Of a stretch of DNA of 64,000 nucleotides, positions 1 to 9,897 are shown in pieces; the first letter of the stretch is position 1; each line of letters begins with the position of its first letter. Below the pieces are notes generated by a model. It saw nothing but the letters and a program-made list of their open reading frames with translations. It had not been told where the DNA came from and ran no database searches. Position numbers and translations under genes: made by a program. The stretch is from Candidatus Hydrogenedentota bacterium. GTDB lineage: Bacteria > Hydrogenedentota > Hydrogenedentia > Hydrogenedentales > SLHB01. The stretch spans positions 224,001 through 288,000 of the forward strand of contig CAXXTH010000023.1 of NCBI GenBank assembly GCA_963668025.2, in the 5' to 3' direction.

Positions 1-1610
1 CACACCAAGGAGACGTTTGCGATGGCCATTATACACCAAATGGGGTTGTTCTCGTGGAACCAGGTCGACGCGGCGTCGGATCTGGATCGGCTGAACCTGT
101 TGCTGGCGGCGCTGCCGGATGAAGATTTGATGCGGGCGATGGAAGCCGAACGCAAGGGGCGGCGCGACGATTATCCTATCCGCGCGATGTGGAACAGCAT
201 ACTGGCGGGGATCGTCTTCCAGCACGACGGCGTCGAAAGCCTGCGCCGCGAACTAGCCCGAAACGGGCAATTGCGCCAGTTGTGCGGATTCGACGTGTTG
301 CGGGGCGCCAAGGCGGTCCCGCCCGAATGGGTGTACACGCGGTTCTTCGCCAGATTACTGCGCCACTGGAAAGAAGTGGACCGGATGTTCGACGCGCTCA
401 TCGTCCGGCTGATGGAACGCTTGCCGGATCTCGGGGTGCGTCTGGCCGTAGACTCGAAAGCCATCCAAACCCACGCCAAGCCTCCGCGCAAAGACGCGGT
501 CCTGGAAAACGAAGAGCCGGACGGGCGGCGCGACCGCGACGCAGACTGGGGCACGAAAACCTACAAGGGCGTTCACAAGGACGGCACGCCCTGGGAGAAG
601 GTCAAACGGTGGTTCGGCTACAAGCTGCACCTCATCGTGGACACGAAATACGAATTGCCGCTGGGCTACGCGGTCACGAAAGCCAGCGCCAACGACTCGC
701 CCTTTCTGCTGCCCCTCGTGGCGGCTCTCGACGCGCGCCACCCCGAACTCGTCCAACGCGCCGAGTACCTCAGCGCCGACAAGGGCTATGATTCCGAAGC
801 CAACAACAAGGGCCTCTTCGAGGAACATGAAATCCGGCCCATCGTGGACATCCGGGCGACCTGGAAAGAAGAACCGGAACGGCCCCGCCCTTTATATCCC
901 GAACGGGTAGACACGATCTTCCATACCGAACGAGGTGAAGTCCTCTGCCGGTGTCGTAACGGCGCCCCAAACGAACGCGACAACTATGATTCCATGGCCT
1001 ACCAAGGATTCGAGCAAGATCGGGGAACCTTGAAATACCGTTGCCCAGCCAAGGCACGCGGGAGCGCCTGTACCCAGCAAGACCTCTGCAACCAAGGATG
1101 CCAGCCCGAACACGGACGGATTGTCCGCGTGCCCATCGCTATCGACCGGCGCATCTTTACCCCCCTGCCCCGCAGCGCCAAATCCTGGCGCCGCGAATAC
1201 AAACACCGCACCGCCATCGAGCGAGTCAACAGCCGACTCGACGGCGCATACGGATTCGAGCGCCACTACATCCGCGGTATGAAAAAGATGCGCGCCCGCA
1301 CCGGATTAGCCCTCCTCGTCATGCTCGGCATGGCCCTGGGATGGCTCGAAGCCGGCCAGGCAGAACGCATGCGCTCGCTCCTCGGACAGCCCCGCGCCGC
1401 ATAGATCACATCGAATCCGCACAAGCAATGATGGCCCGAATCAAGGGCAAACCATGCCCATTCGGGCCGCAAGGGTCCTACACGCGAACCTCCTGCATGA
1501 TTTATTGCACCCGTAGCGGAGGCGTAATCCCATTGCCACAGGCGAAAACCGCTCCGCGTGTGCCCGCACCGTCCGCGCGTTCGCAAACCACGCTATTTCG
1601 CAAATGCCTC
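1..1610 (+). mobile_element. Insertion sequence, left end outside window
   Basis: Transposase followed by a candidate right terminal IR ...tttcgcaaatgcctc (ends 1610), resembling IS1182/IS5-type ends; partner IR not visible. Confidence 0.65.
22..1404 (+). CDS. DDE transposase (IS1182/IS5-like; DUF772 + DDE domain)
   Basis: 460 aa; GRRDDYPIRAMW N-terminal motif, acidic residues in AVDSK, ADKGYD and ERVNSRL, WFGYKLHL motif; RBS AAGGAG upstream. Confidence 0.9.
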   Translation: MAIIHQMGLFSWNQVDAASDLDRLNLLLAALPDEDLMRAMEAERKGRRDDYPIRAMWNSILAGIVFQHDGVESLRRELARNGQLRQLCGFDVLRGAKAVPPEWVYTRFFARLLRHWKEVDRMFDALIVRLMERLPDLGVRLAVDSKAIQTHAKPPRKDAVLENEEPDGRRDRDADWGTKTYKGVHKDGTPWEKVKRWFGYKLHLIVDTKYELPLGYAVTKASANDSPFLLPLVAALDARHPELVQRAEYLSADKGYDSEANNKGLFEEHEIRPIVDIRATWKEEPERPRPLYPERVDTIFHTERGEVLCRCRNGAPNERDNYDSMAYQGFEQDRGTLKYRCPAKARGSACTQQDLCNQGCQPEHGRIVRVPIAIDRRIFTPLPRSAKSWRREYKHRTAIERVNSRLDGAYGFERHYIRGMKKMRARTGLALLVMLGMALGWLEAGQAERMRSLLGQPRAA

Positions 1611-1935
1611 TCTTTGTATCGGAGGCAGCGCAACTCTCCACTACGAATAAAAGCGCGCCATGCTTTAGGGATGTTCCCGGCATCATGCGCGTCTTGTACG
1701 TTCATTCGCGATTTAAAAGCTGGCGGTTTTGTTGCGGCCATACCGTACTGTGTTTTCTATGGCCATGAATAAAAAAAATGGATCCATTCCAGCATGCCAA
1801 AATGGTAAAATGTAGAAATATAAGAGCTTTAAGGGCAATTGCCTTCCGTTTTGTTTGGAAAAGACTGGCGGCTTCTGATAAATTCATGAAGAAGGCAGGA
1901 GGCCGGACTTCGTCGGTAGAAAGGATTGGCAGTAC

Positions 1936-3312
1936 GTGAGCAAACTATGGGGAGGCCGTTTCGAGGGTAAAACAGATACTCTCGTCGAGGCGTTTACCGA
2001 GTCCATATCATTCGACGCACGCCTAGCGCCATATGACATTGCGGGCAGCCTCGCGCATGCGGAAATGCTGGGCGCGCAAGGCATCATTTCAAAAAGTGAC
2101 GCTCAAGCCATCGCACGCGGGCTTCGTGAAATCGCGAAAGACATACAAGCGGGGCGTTTCACGTGGGATCAATCTCTTGAGGACGTGCATACCAACATCG
2201 AAGCCGCACTGACTGAACGTATCGGCGAACCGGGTAAAAAGCTGCATACCGGGCGCAGCAGGAACGATCAAATCGCCACCGACATCCGGCTCTGGATGCG
2301 TGCGCAGCTTGATGCTATCGACCAGCTTCTGGGCGCGCTGCAAAACGCTTTCGTCGATTTCGCGGAAACCCATATCGACGTGATCCTTCCCGGCTGCACC
2401 CATCTCCAGCATGCGCAGCCCGTGCTGCTGGCCCATCATATGCTCGCCTATTTCGAGATGTTCGGGCGTGATCGCCAACGGTTCCGGGAATTGCGCAAGC
2501 GGGCCAATCTGTTGCCGCTCGGTTCCGCGGCCCTCGCGGGCACGCCGCATCCTATCGACCGTGTGCGCGTCGCCAAGGCCCTCGAATTCGATGGGGTTAC
2601 AGCCAATAGCATGGACTCCGTGGCGGACCGCGATCATCTCATTGAATTCTGCGCCCATGCTTCGGTAGCCATGATGCACCTCTCCCGCCTGTCGGAAGAA
2701 TTGATTTTATGGTCCGCGCCGCTATATGGCTTCATCGAAATCGGCGACGCCTTCACCACCGGTTCCAGTATCATGCCCCAGAAGAAGAATCCCGATGTGG
2801 CGGAACTGGTGCGGGGCAAAGCCGGGCGCGTCTACGGCTCCCTCACGGCCCTCCTCACCATCATGAAGGGCCTTCCACTCACCTACAACCGCGATTTACA
2901 GGAAGACAAAGAGCCCGTCTTCGACGCGTCGGATACGCTTCAAGCTTGCCTGGGCGTGGTGGCCCGCATGATTCCCGCCATTGCGGTGCGCCGGGAACGC
3001 ATGGCGGAAGCCGCTCGCGAAGGCTTCCTCGAAGCCACGGATCTGGCGGATTACCTCGCGGCAAAAGGCATGCCATTCCGCGAAGCGCATGAAGTCACGG
3101 GCCGCATCGTCCTCCATTGCACCCGGGAAAACAAGCGCATCCCAGAGCTCACCTTGGATGAACTACGCGGCTTTGCACCTCAATTCGGCCCAGATATCCA
3201 TCATATGCTGCGTTTGGAATCCATCGTGGCCCGGCGTGATCATGTCGGCGCGACGGCCCCGAAACGGGTGCGGGCCGCCATTCGCCAAGCTCGAAAAACA
3301 CTGAAACAATAG
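1936..3312 (+). CDS. argH: Argininosuccinate lyase
   Basis: KLWGGRF start, LHTGRSRNDQ, GSSIMPQKKNPD signature, YNRDLQEDK. Confidence 0.97.
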   Translation: MSKLWGGRFEGKTDTLVEAFTESISFDARLAPYDIAGSLAHAEMLGAQGIISKSDAQAIARGLREIAKDIQAGRFTWDQSLEDVHTNIEAALTERIGEPGKKLHTGRSRNDQIATDIRLWMRAQLDAIDQLLGALQNAFVDFAETHIDVILPGCTHLQHAQPVLLAHHMLAYFEMFGRDRQRFRELRKRANLLPLGSAALAGTPHPIDRVRVAKALEFDGVTANSMDSVADRDHLIEFCAHASVAMMHLSRLSEELILWSAPLYGFIEIGDAFTTGSSIMPQKKNPDVAELVRGKAGRVYGSLTALLTIMKGLPLTYNRDLQEDKEPVFDASDTLQACLGVVARMIPAIAVRRERMAEAAREGFLEATDLADYLAAKGMPFREAHEVTGRIVLHCTRENKRIPELTLDELRGFAPQFGPDIHHMLRLESIVARRDHVGATAPKRVRAAIRQARKTLKQ

Positions 3313-3397
3313 GTAAAAACCGGTTTTGCGGTAAAAACGGGAAAATGAGAGCATAAATATGATACCATAGGCTTAGCGGGGATTCCGGGATAACTCG

Positions 3398-4903
3398 ATG
3401 GCCGAGACTGACAAAATACTCGTCGTTGATGATGAAGATGTCATTCGTGAACTCCTCACAGAGGTGTTGTCAGAAGAGGGGTATGCCGTCACCACTGCGG
3501 CAAGCGGCCCTGAAGCGATGCGAATCCTCGAAGAAGCAGACGATTTCATACTTTTGTTCACGGATATAATGATGCCCGAAATGACCGGGCTTGAATTAAT
3601 CCGGGAAGCCCGCAAGCTCCGCTCCTCAATCATTCCCATCGTGATGACCGCTTACGCGACTATCGAGACCGCACGCGCCGCCGTCAAAGAGGGGGCGTAT
3701 GACTATGTCTTGAAGCCATTCAGCCTCAGTGAAGTGAAACTCGCTGTATCGAATGCTCTGGAGCGGCACCGCCTAACTACCGAAAACGCCCGGCTTCGCG
3801 AATTGACGCAGCTTTTCCATATCAGCGAACGCATCGCCGCCATTCGCGATGAAAAGCCCTTGCTGGATTTTGTATTGAGCGCCGCGCTCGAGCGCGTGGG
3901 GGCAAGGCGCGGCTCGATCATGGTGATGACGGAAGACGAAAAAACGCTCGAGATCAAATCGAGCGTGGGCTTGCCTGATGATATCGCATCGCGTCCTGTC
4001 GAGATCAGCAAGAGCATTTCCGGCATGGTGGCCCAAACGGCGCAGCCGTTGTTGGTGAGCCATCTGAGTGAGAATCCAGAGCTGGCCGTACGCAGCCGCC
4101 TGAGAGCGGATGATTCATTTGTATCCGTGCCGCTCGAACATAAAATAGGCCGGGAGCATGCCAATTCCGCCTCCGGCAACCACCGCGTTGCGGCGGTGTT
4201 GAATGTGAGCGAAAAATCGAACGGGCGGCCTTTCTCGGAAAGCGACCTGAAAATTTTAAGCATCGTAGCCAATCAAGCGGCGGCGGCCCTGCAAAACGCC
4301 CGCCTCATTCGCGACATCGAAGCGGCGCATTTATCCACCATCGCGTCCATGGCGCTACTGCTTGAAGCGCGCGATGTATACACCCAATGCCATAGCCAGC
4401 GCGTTCGTGATATTTCCGTGGCCATCGCCATGCGCCAAGGACTGCCTAAAGATGAAGTAGAGACCCTCCGCTTGGGCGCGGCATTTCATGATATTGGCAA
4501 AGTGGGCATTCCGGACATCGTACTCAACAAGCCCGATCCCCTGACACCAGAGGAATGGCAGCTCATGCGGCGGCACCCTATCATCGGCTATGGCGTGCTC
4601 GAACCCATTCATTTCTTGCGCCGGGGCCACTTGGATGTCGTGCGCGGGCACCATGAACGCATTGACGGAAGCGGCTACCCAGATGGATTAAAAGGCTCGG
4701 ATGTGTCTCCGCTCATGCGCATCATGGCCGTAGCGGATTCCTACGACGCCATGGCCAGCGACCGCGCCTATCGCCCCGCCCTTCCGCTTAAACGCATCCT
4801 GGAAGAACTCAACAAGGCCAGAGGCACCCAGTTTGATCCCAAAGTCGTCGATGTGTTTCTCGATATGCTGGAGAAGGGGGAAGTATACGAACCGCCTTCT
4901 TGA
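3398..4903 (+). CDS. Response regulator with REC-GAF-HD-GYP domains (probable c-di-GMP phosphodiesterase)
   Basis: ILVVDD/TDIMMP/KPF receiver; GAF-like middle; HDIGK and HHERIDGSGYP motifs. Confidence 0.9.
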   Translation: MAETDKILVVDDEDVIRELLTEVLSEEGYAVTTAASGPEAMRILEEADDFILLFTDIMMPEMTGLELIREARKLRSSIIPIVMTAYATIETARAAVKEGAYDYVLKPFSLSEVKLAVSNALERHRLTTENARLRELTQLFHISERIAAIRDEKPLLDFVLSAALERVGARRGSIMVMTEDEKTLEIKSSVGLPDDIASRPVEISKSISGMVAQTAQPLLVSHLSENPELAVRSRLRADDSFVSVPLEHKIGREHANSASGNHRVAAVLNVSEKSNGRPFSESDLKILSIVANQAAAALQNARLIRDIEAAHLSTIASMALLLEARDVYTQCHSQRVRDISVAIAMRQGLPKDEVETLRLGAAFHDIGKVGIPDIVLNKPDPLTPEEWQLMRRHPIIGYGVLEPIHFLRRGHLDVVRGHHERIDGSGYPDGLKGSDVSPLMRIMAVADSYDAMASDRAYRPALPLKRILEELNKARGTQFDPKVVDVFLDMLEKGEVYEPPS

Positions 4904-4933
4904 GGGCATCGCGTACGGATTTATAGATATCGC

Positions 4934-6184
4934 TTATTGAACGCCGTATTGGCGGGCGACTTCCCGCTCGAGCAAGGCATACGATTTACGATACGCCTGC
5001 TGGAGGGCCTGTTCAGGCTGTGCGCCTTCCGCCAGGGCGTCAAGCATGGTGGAAATCGAGCGCTGGCCGAAACGTTTGAGCAGATAGTTCACGGTGGCGT
5101 GCGACTGGACATACGCAAGCCCAAGCGCTTCGGGGCTAAGCACTTTGAGCTGGTGTTGTTCGATTCCCGATAAGGGGAAGGCCTGCCCTTGCGCATACAA
5201 TGCTTCGAGCTTCGCTACATCCTCGGGGGTCAAATCATTTGAAAGCGTCTCCGCCAAACCCTCGTTCAACCACCACGGCACATTGTCGCCCACGATATGG
5301 CGCACGACGACGTGGGTGTATTCGTGGTATAAGCGCCGCTTAAGCTCCGCTTCATTGAGCACTTGGCCGGACTTGTCCACAATCGGCAGCCGAATCGCCC
5401 CGTCATACACCGCGCCCACATGCTCATCAAGCTGTGTGGCCGCCGAGAAATCCTTGGCCGTATACACCTTGACCAGAATAGGCCCAGGCGGGTAGACGCC
5501 GCCCAAACGCAGGCCAATATCGCGATAGGCGCGTTCGAGGAGCGTGAGGGCGCGGCTTACATCGCCGCCGCTCGTGTCCGGCTCATACCGCGCTTGGAAA
5601 TGCCGGGAACTGCGCGGCCGGTAGTTGCGTTCCACGGATTCCTCCCGGTAGGCCTTTTGGATTTTCTCGCTCAAACCCTGCGTATCGGGGCGCACTTCCT
5701 TCACCCATTCCCATTGAGCCAAGGCCGAGGGAATATCGTCGTCACGGTAATAGGCATCCCCCAGCAATTCATGGGCGTCCACGTTGTAGGGATCTAAATC
5801 GACGGCTTCCTCGAGCCGGGCGATGGCCTCGGACACATGATTGAGCCGCAGCCGGCATGCGCCTAGCATCAGCAGCGGTTTGGGATTATCGGGGGAAACG
5901 CTGATCGCCATGTCGAGATAGCGCGCCGCATTCGCAAAATCCGACGTTTTGGCGAATACATTGGCCTGGGCTTGGTAGGCGTTGCACAAATTGTTCCGGA
6001 CCGTCGCATTGTCCGGAGCCGCTTGATATGCCTGAAGAAAGCTCTTCAACGCGTCATCGAACTGTTCGGCTTTATACTGCGCAACGCCTTTCGCATTGTA
6101 TTCGGCTGCGCGTTGCGCGGCGGATTGCGCGAAGGCCGGCATGGCGCATACCATCAACGCCAACGCCACGATTCGCACGGCCAT
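4934..6184 (-). CDS. Secreted TPR protein with C-terminal zinc metallopeptidase (MA clan) domain
   Basis: Signal peptide MAVRIVALAL..AFA, TPR-like helices, HEYTH plus PWWLNEGLAE; start could be 6205. Confidence 0.8.
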   Translation of the reverse strand: MAVRIVALALMVCAMPAFAQSAAQRAAEYNAKGVAQYKAEQFDDALKSFLQAYQAAPDNATVRNNLCNAYQAQANVFAKTSDFANAARYLDMAISVSPDNPKPLLMLGACRLRLNHVSEAIARLEEAVDLDPYNVDAHELLGDAYYRDDDIPSALAQWEWVKEVRPDTQGLSEKIQKAYREESVERNYRPRSSRHFQARYEPDTSGGDVSRALTLLERAYRDIGLRLGGVYPPGPILVKVYTAKDFSAATQLDEHVGAVYDGAIRLPIVDKSGQVLNEAELKRRLYHEYTHVVVRHIVGDNVPWWLNEGLAETLSNDLTPEDVAKLEALYAQGQAFPLSGIEQHQLKVLSPEALGLAYVQSHATVNYLLKRFGQRSISTMLDALAEGAQPEQALQQAYRKSYALLEREVARQYGVQ

Positions 6185-6231
6185 ACACCCGCCTGTTTGT
6201 TTCATAAAGCGCCTATCCCATGGGTGCAACG

Positions 6232-6615
6232 CTATTTGAGCAGCGCCACGGCCTCGATTTCGACATGAAGCCCTTTCGGCAGGGCCGCAACCTGAACGCA
6301 GGAACGGGCCGGAGGGTTGGCCTTAAAAAACTCGGCATATACCTCGTTCACGGCTCCAAACCCACCCATGTCCGTCAAAAAAATAGTGGCCTTCACCACT
6401 TTTTCTAGAGACGAACCACTGGCGTCGAGCACCGTTTTAAGATTTAAAAGCGCAATACGCGCCTCTTCCGCCGCCGTTCCGACGATTGGCCCCGAGTCGT
6501 CCGCCGCCATGGCGAGCTGGCCCGATACATACAGAAAACCACCGGCTTCCACCGCGTGGCTATATGGCCCTACCGCTGGCGGCGCTCCCGCCGCCGTGAT
6601 GCAACGCTTATCCAT
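6232..6615 (-). CDS. ridA: RidA/YjgF reactive intermediate deaminase
   Basis: AP.AVGPYS, YVSGQ, PPARSCVQVAALP, VEIEA motifs. Confidence 0.9.
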   Translation of the reverse strand: MDKRCITAAGAPPAVGPYSHAVEAGGFLYVSGQLAMAADDSGPIVGTAAEEARIALLNLKTVLDASGSSLEKVVKATIFLTDMGGFGAVNEVYAEFFKANPPARSCVQVAALPKGLHVEIEAVALLK

Positions 6616-6724
6616 ACGCAACGAAACTCCATGATTGATTTCTATAAACCGTACCACACAAGACACAAGCCGTCAAATGCAGGGAAAACAATTGATAAGA
6701 CGGAGCCGAGTTTTTTAAGGTTTT

Positions 6725-6754
6725 GTAGGGTGGGGCTTGTCCCACCGCTCAAGG
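6725..6754 (+). repeat. REP-like GTAG palindrome, family A copy 1
   Basis: gtagggtggggcttgtcccaccgctcaagg; near-identical copies at 38256, 46230, 56763. Confidence 0.8.
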
Positions 6755-7045
6755 CGGCTAACAAAAAAACAAATCACGCCCATCCTATAAATCCTGTCAA
6801 AAAGAAAACCGCCCGAATCTTTTAGGGACAAGCTTTTTTCGTCACGCCTGTTGTTTCCCCGTTCAGTTGTCACACCGGAATTTGCCCGCGCCAGACAATC
6901 GTTATATACTGGAAAGGCGCAGTGTGTCCTTTTCCGGCGAAATACCCGAATGTATGCGGATTCAAGAAAGGCTATATCCCGCCTGCCGGTGGAACTCCTT
7001 GCTGCGCATGGTTTTAACACTCAGGCAACAAGAGGGAGATGAGCC

Positions 7046-9313
7046 ATGGCGTTCGATAGTGGCACCATTCAAAACGTGTATGCGGCGTTGCCGGCGCGGG
7101 TGGCGAAGGCCCGTGAGCTCGTGGGACGCCCGCTCACGCTGGCGGAGAAGATTCTCTACGCCCATTTGTTCGATGGGGCACCCACGCAGGCGTACGCCCG
7201 CGCGCAGGATTATGTGGATTTCGCGCCCGACCGCGTGGCCATGCAGGACGCCACGGCGCAGATGGCCCTCCTTCAGTTCATGCAAGCAGGCAAGGCGCAC
7301 GCGGCCGTGCCTGCGACGGTGCATTGCGATCATTTGATCCTTGCCCAATCAGGCGCGAAAACGGACTTGGCGAAATCCCTCGATATCAACCGGGAAGTGT
7401 TTGATTTCCTGGCGTCGGTCTCGAACAAATATGGCATCGGCTTCTGGAAGCCGGGAGCGGGGATCATCCACCAGGTCGTCCTCGAAAACTACGCTTTCCC
7501 CGGCGGCATGATGATCGGCACGGATTCGCACACGCCCAACGCGGGCGGCCTCGGCATGCTGGCCATCGGCGTGGGCGGCGCGGACGCCGTGGATGTCATG
7601 GCGGGCATGGCGTGGGAGTTGAAATTCCCGAAGCTCATCGGCGTGCGTCTCACGGGCAAGCTCAACGGCTGGGCCTCGGCGAAGGATGTGATCCTCAAGG
7701 TGGCGGGCATCCTCACGGTCAAAGGTGGCACGGGCGCGATTATCGAGTATTTTGGCCCCGGCGCGGAAGCCATGTCGTGTACGGGCAAGGGCACGATCTG
7801 CAACATGGGCGCGGAAGTTGGCGCGACAACCTCGCTGTTCGCCTACGATGGCTCGATGGCGCGGTATCTCGAAGCGACCGGCCGCGCGGATATCGCCCAA
7901 ACCGCCGAGGCGGTTCGCGAACACTTGCGGCCCGACCCCGAGGTGTACGAAACGCCGGAGCTGTTTTTCGACCAAGTGCTCGATATTAACCTTTCGGAAC
8001 TCGAACCGCATATCAACGGCCCTTTCTCGCCCGACCGCTGCCACAGCATCTCGGAATTCGGCAAGGCCGTCGAAGAAAACGGCTGGCCTCGAAACCTCGA
8101 AGTGGGCCTTATCGGCTCATGCACGAATTCCTCGTACGAAGATATGGCCCGGGCGGCTTCAATAGCCCGGCAGGCTAAAGATAAAAAGCTCAAGGCCAAG
8201 GCGGAATTCACGGTGACGCCTGGTTCGGAGCAGGTGCGCTATACCGTGGCGCGCGACGGCATCCTCGATGCCTTCGAGTCCATCGGCGGGGTGGTGCTCG
8301 CCAATGCCTGCGGGCCGTGCATCGGCCAATGGGCGCGCCATCGGGCGGGCGGCGAGGAGCCCAACTCGATTGTCACGTCCTTCAATCGCAATTTCGCCAA
8401 GCGCAACGACGGCAATCCGAAAACCCACGCCTTCGTAGCGTCGCCGGAATTGGTGACGGCCTTGGCGCTGGCGGGCGACCTTACTTTCAACCCATTGACG
8501 GATACGCTCACGAACGAGGACGGCGAACAGGTAAAACTCGATCCGCCATCGGGCGATGAATTGCCCATCCAGGGATTCGCCGTTGAGGACGCGGGCTACG
8601 TCGCGCCCGCCGAAGACGGCAGCCGGATCGAGATAGCTGTTGCGCCGGACTCGAAGCGCCTGCAACTGCTCGCGCCGTTTGCCCCTTGGGAAGGCGCGGA
8701 CTTAAAAGGCCTCAAGCTCCTGCTCAAGGCCAGGGGGAAATGCACGACCGACCATATCTCGATGGCGGGGCCGTGGCTGCGCTACCGGGGGCACTTGGAC
8801 AACATCTCGGACAACTGTTTCATCGGGGCCATCAACGCATTCAACGGCGAAGCGAACAAGGTAAAGAACCAGCTTACGGGCGAATACGGCGAAGTGCCCG
8901 CCACGCAGCGCGCGTATAAAGCGGCGGGCGTAGGCTCCATCGTCGTGGGCGATGAAAATTACGGGGAAGGCTCGTCTCGCGAGCACGCGGCCATGGAGCC
9001 ACGCTTTCTCGGCGTGCGCGCCATCCTCGTGAAGAGCTTCGCCCGCATCCACGAGACCAATCTGAAAAAACAGGGCATGCTCGCCCTCACGTTCGCTAAT
9101 CCAGCGGATTACGACAAGGTGCTCGAGGACGACGCCATCGACATCACGGGCCTCACGGAATTCGCGCCCGACAAGCCGCTCGATATCGTATTGCACCACG
9201 CGGACGGCTCGGTGGATACGCTCCAGGCGTGCCACACATACAACCATGCGCAGATCGAATGGTTCAAGGCGGGTGGGGCGTTGAATCTGATCCGCGCGGG
9301 AAAGCAGGCCTGA
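7046..9313 (+). CDS. acnA: Aconitate hydratase (mitochondrial-type)
   Basis: [51 protein letters not shown]. Confidence 0.95.
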   Translation: MAFDSGTIQNVYAALPARVAKARELVGRPLTLAEKILYAHLFDGAPTQAYARAQDYVDFAPDRVAMQDATAQMALLQFMQAGKAHAAVPATVHCDHLILAQSGAKTDLAKSLDINREVFDFLASVSNKYGIGFWKPGAGIIHQVVLENYAFPGGMMIGTDSHTPNAGGLGMLAIGVGGADAVDVMAGMAWELKFPKLIGVRLTGKLNGWASAKDVILKVAGILTVKGGTGAIIEYFGPGAEAMSCTGKGTICNMGAEVGATTSLFAYDGSMARYLEATGRADIAQTAEAVREHLRPDPEVYETPELFFDQVLDINLSELEPHINGPFSPDRCHSISEFGKAVEENGWPRNLEVGLIGSCTNSSYEDMARAASIARQAKDKKLKAKAEFTVTPGSEQVRYTVARDGILDAFESIGGVVLANACGPCIGQWARHRAGGEEPNSIVTSFNRNFAKRNDGNPKTHAFVASPELVTALALAGDLTFNPLTDTLTNEDGEQVKLDPPSGDELPIQGFAVEDAGYVAPAEDGSRIEIAVAPDSKRLQLLAPFAPWEGADLKGLKLLLKARGKCTTDHISMAGPWLRYRGHLDNISDNCFIGAINAFNGEANKVKNQLTGEYGEVPATQRAYKAAGVGSIVVGDENYGEGSSREHAAMEPRFLGVRAILVKSFARIHETNLKKQGMLALTFANPADYDKVLEDDAIDITGLTEFAPDKPLDIVLHHADGSVDTLQACHTYNHAQIEWFKAGGALNLIRAGKQA

Positions 9314-9318
9314 ACGAG

Positions 9319-9897
9319 ATGAAACGGGTGCCTGCGACGCCGGAAGGGATCGCGGAAGCCGCCGCATTGATCCGCGCGGGTGAGGTGGTGGCCTACCCCA
9401 CGGAGACGGTCTACGGCTTGGGGGCCGACCCGTTTTCGGACACGGCGGTCGAGCGCTTATTCGAGGTGAAGGGGCGCGCCCGGGACAAGGCGGTGCTGCT
9501 CATCGTCGCGGACATGGAGCAGCTTACCTGCGTGGCGGCGCATATATCGCCACGCGCCCAGGCATACATGGAAGCCTTCTGGCCGGGTCCGTTGAGCCTC
9601 GTATTGCCCAGCGCGTCCGGCTTGCCGGATTTACTCACGGGAGGCAGCCCAACAATATGCGTGCGCTGTCCCGCCTGCGAAACCGCCCGCGCGTTATGCC
9701 TCGCCGTAGGCGGGCCGATCACATCCACCTCCGCCAACCTATCGGGCCAGGAGCCTGCCCGGGACTTGACTCGGCTGAACCTGCCCGGCGTGGCGCTGGC
9801 CATCGACGGCGGCATCTTGCCGCCTAGCGCGCCTTCGACGATTATCGAGCCGGAATCCGGGGCGATACTACGGCAAGGGGCGATTAAGATTGACTGA
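9319..9897 (+). CDS. tsaC: Threonylcarbamoyl-AMP synthase (YrdC/Sua5)
   Basis: VVAYPTETVYGLG, KGR, WPGPLS, STSANLSG. Confidence 0.92.
   Translation: MKRVPATPEGIAEAAALIRAGEVVAYPTETVYGLGADPFSDTAVERLFEVKGRARDKAVLLIVADMEQLTCVAAHISPRAQAYMEAFWPGPLSLVLPSASGLPDLLTGGSPTICVRCPACETARALCLAVGGPITSTSANLSGQEPARDLTRLNLPGVALAIDGGILPPSAPSTIIEPESGAILRQGAIKID

Noticed and set aside
1041-1772. Long alternative-frame and antisense ORFs here and throughout the track
   Set aside because: They overlap well-supported genes, are Arg/Pro/Ala-rich and are expected shadows in high-GC DNA.
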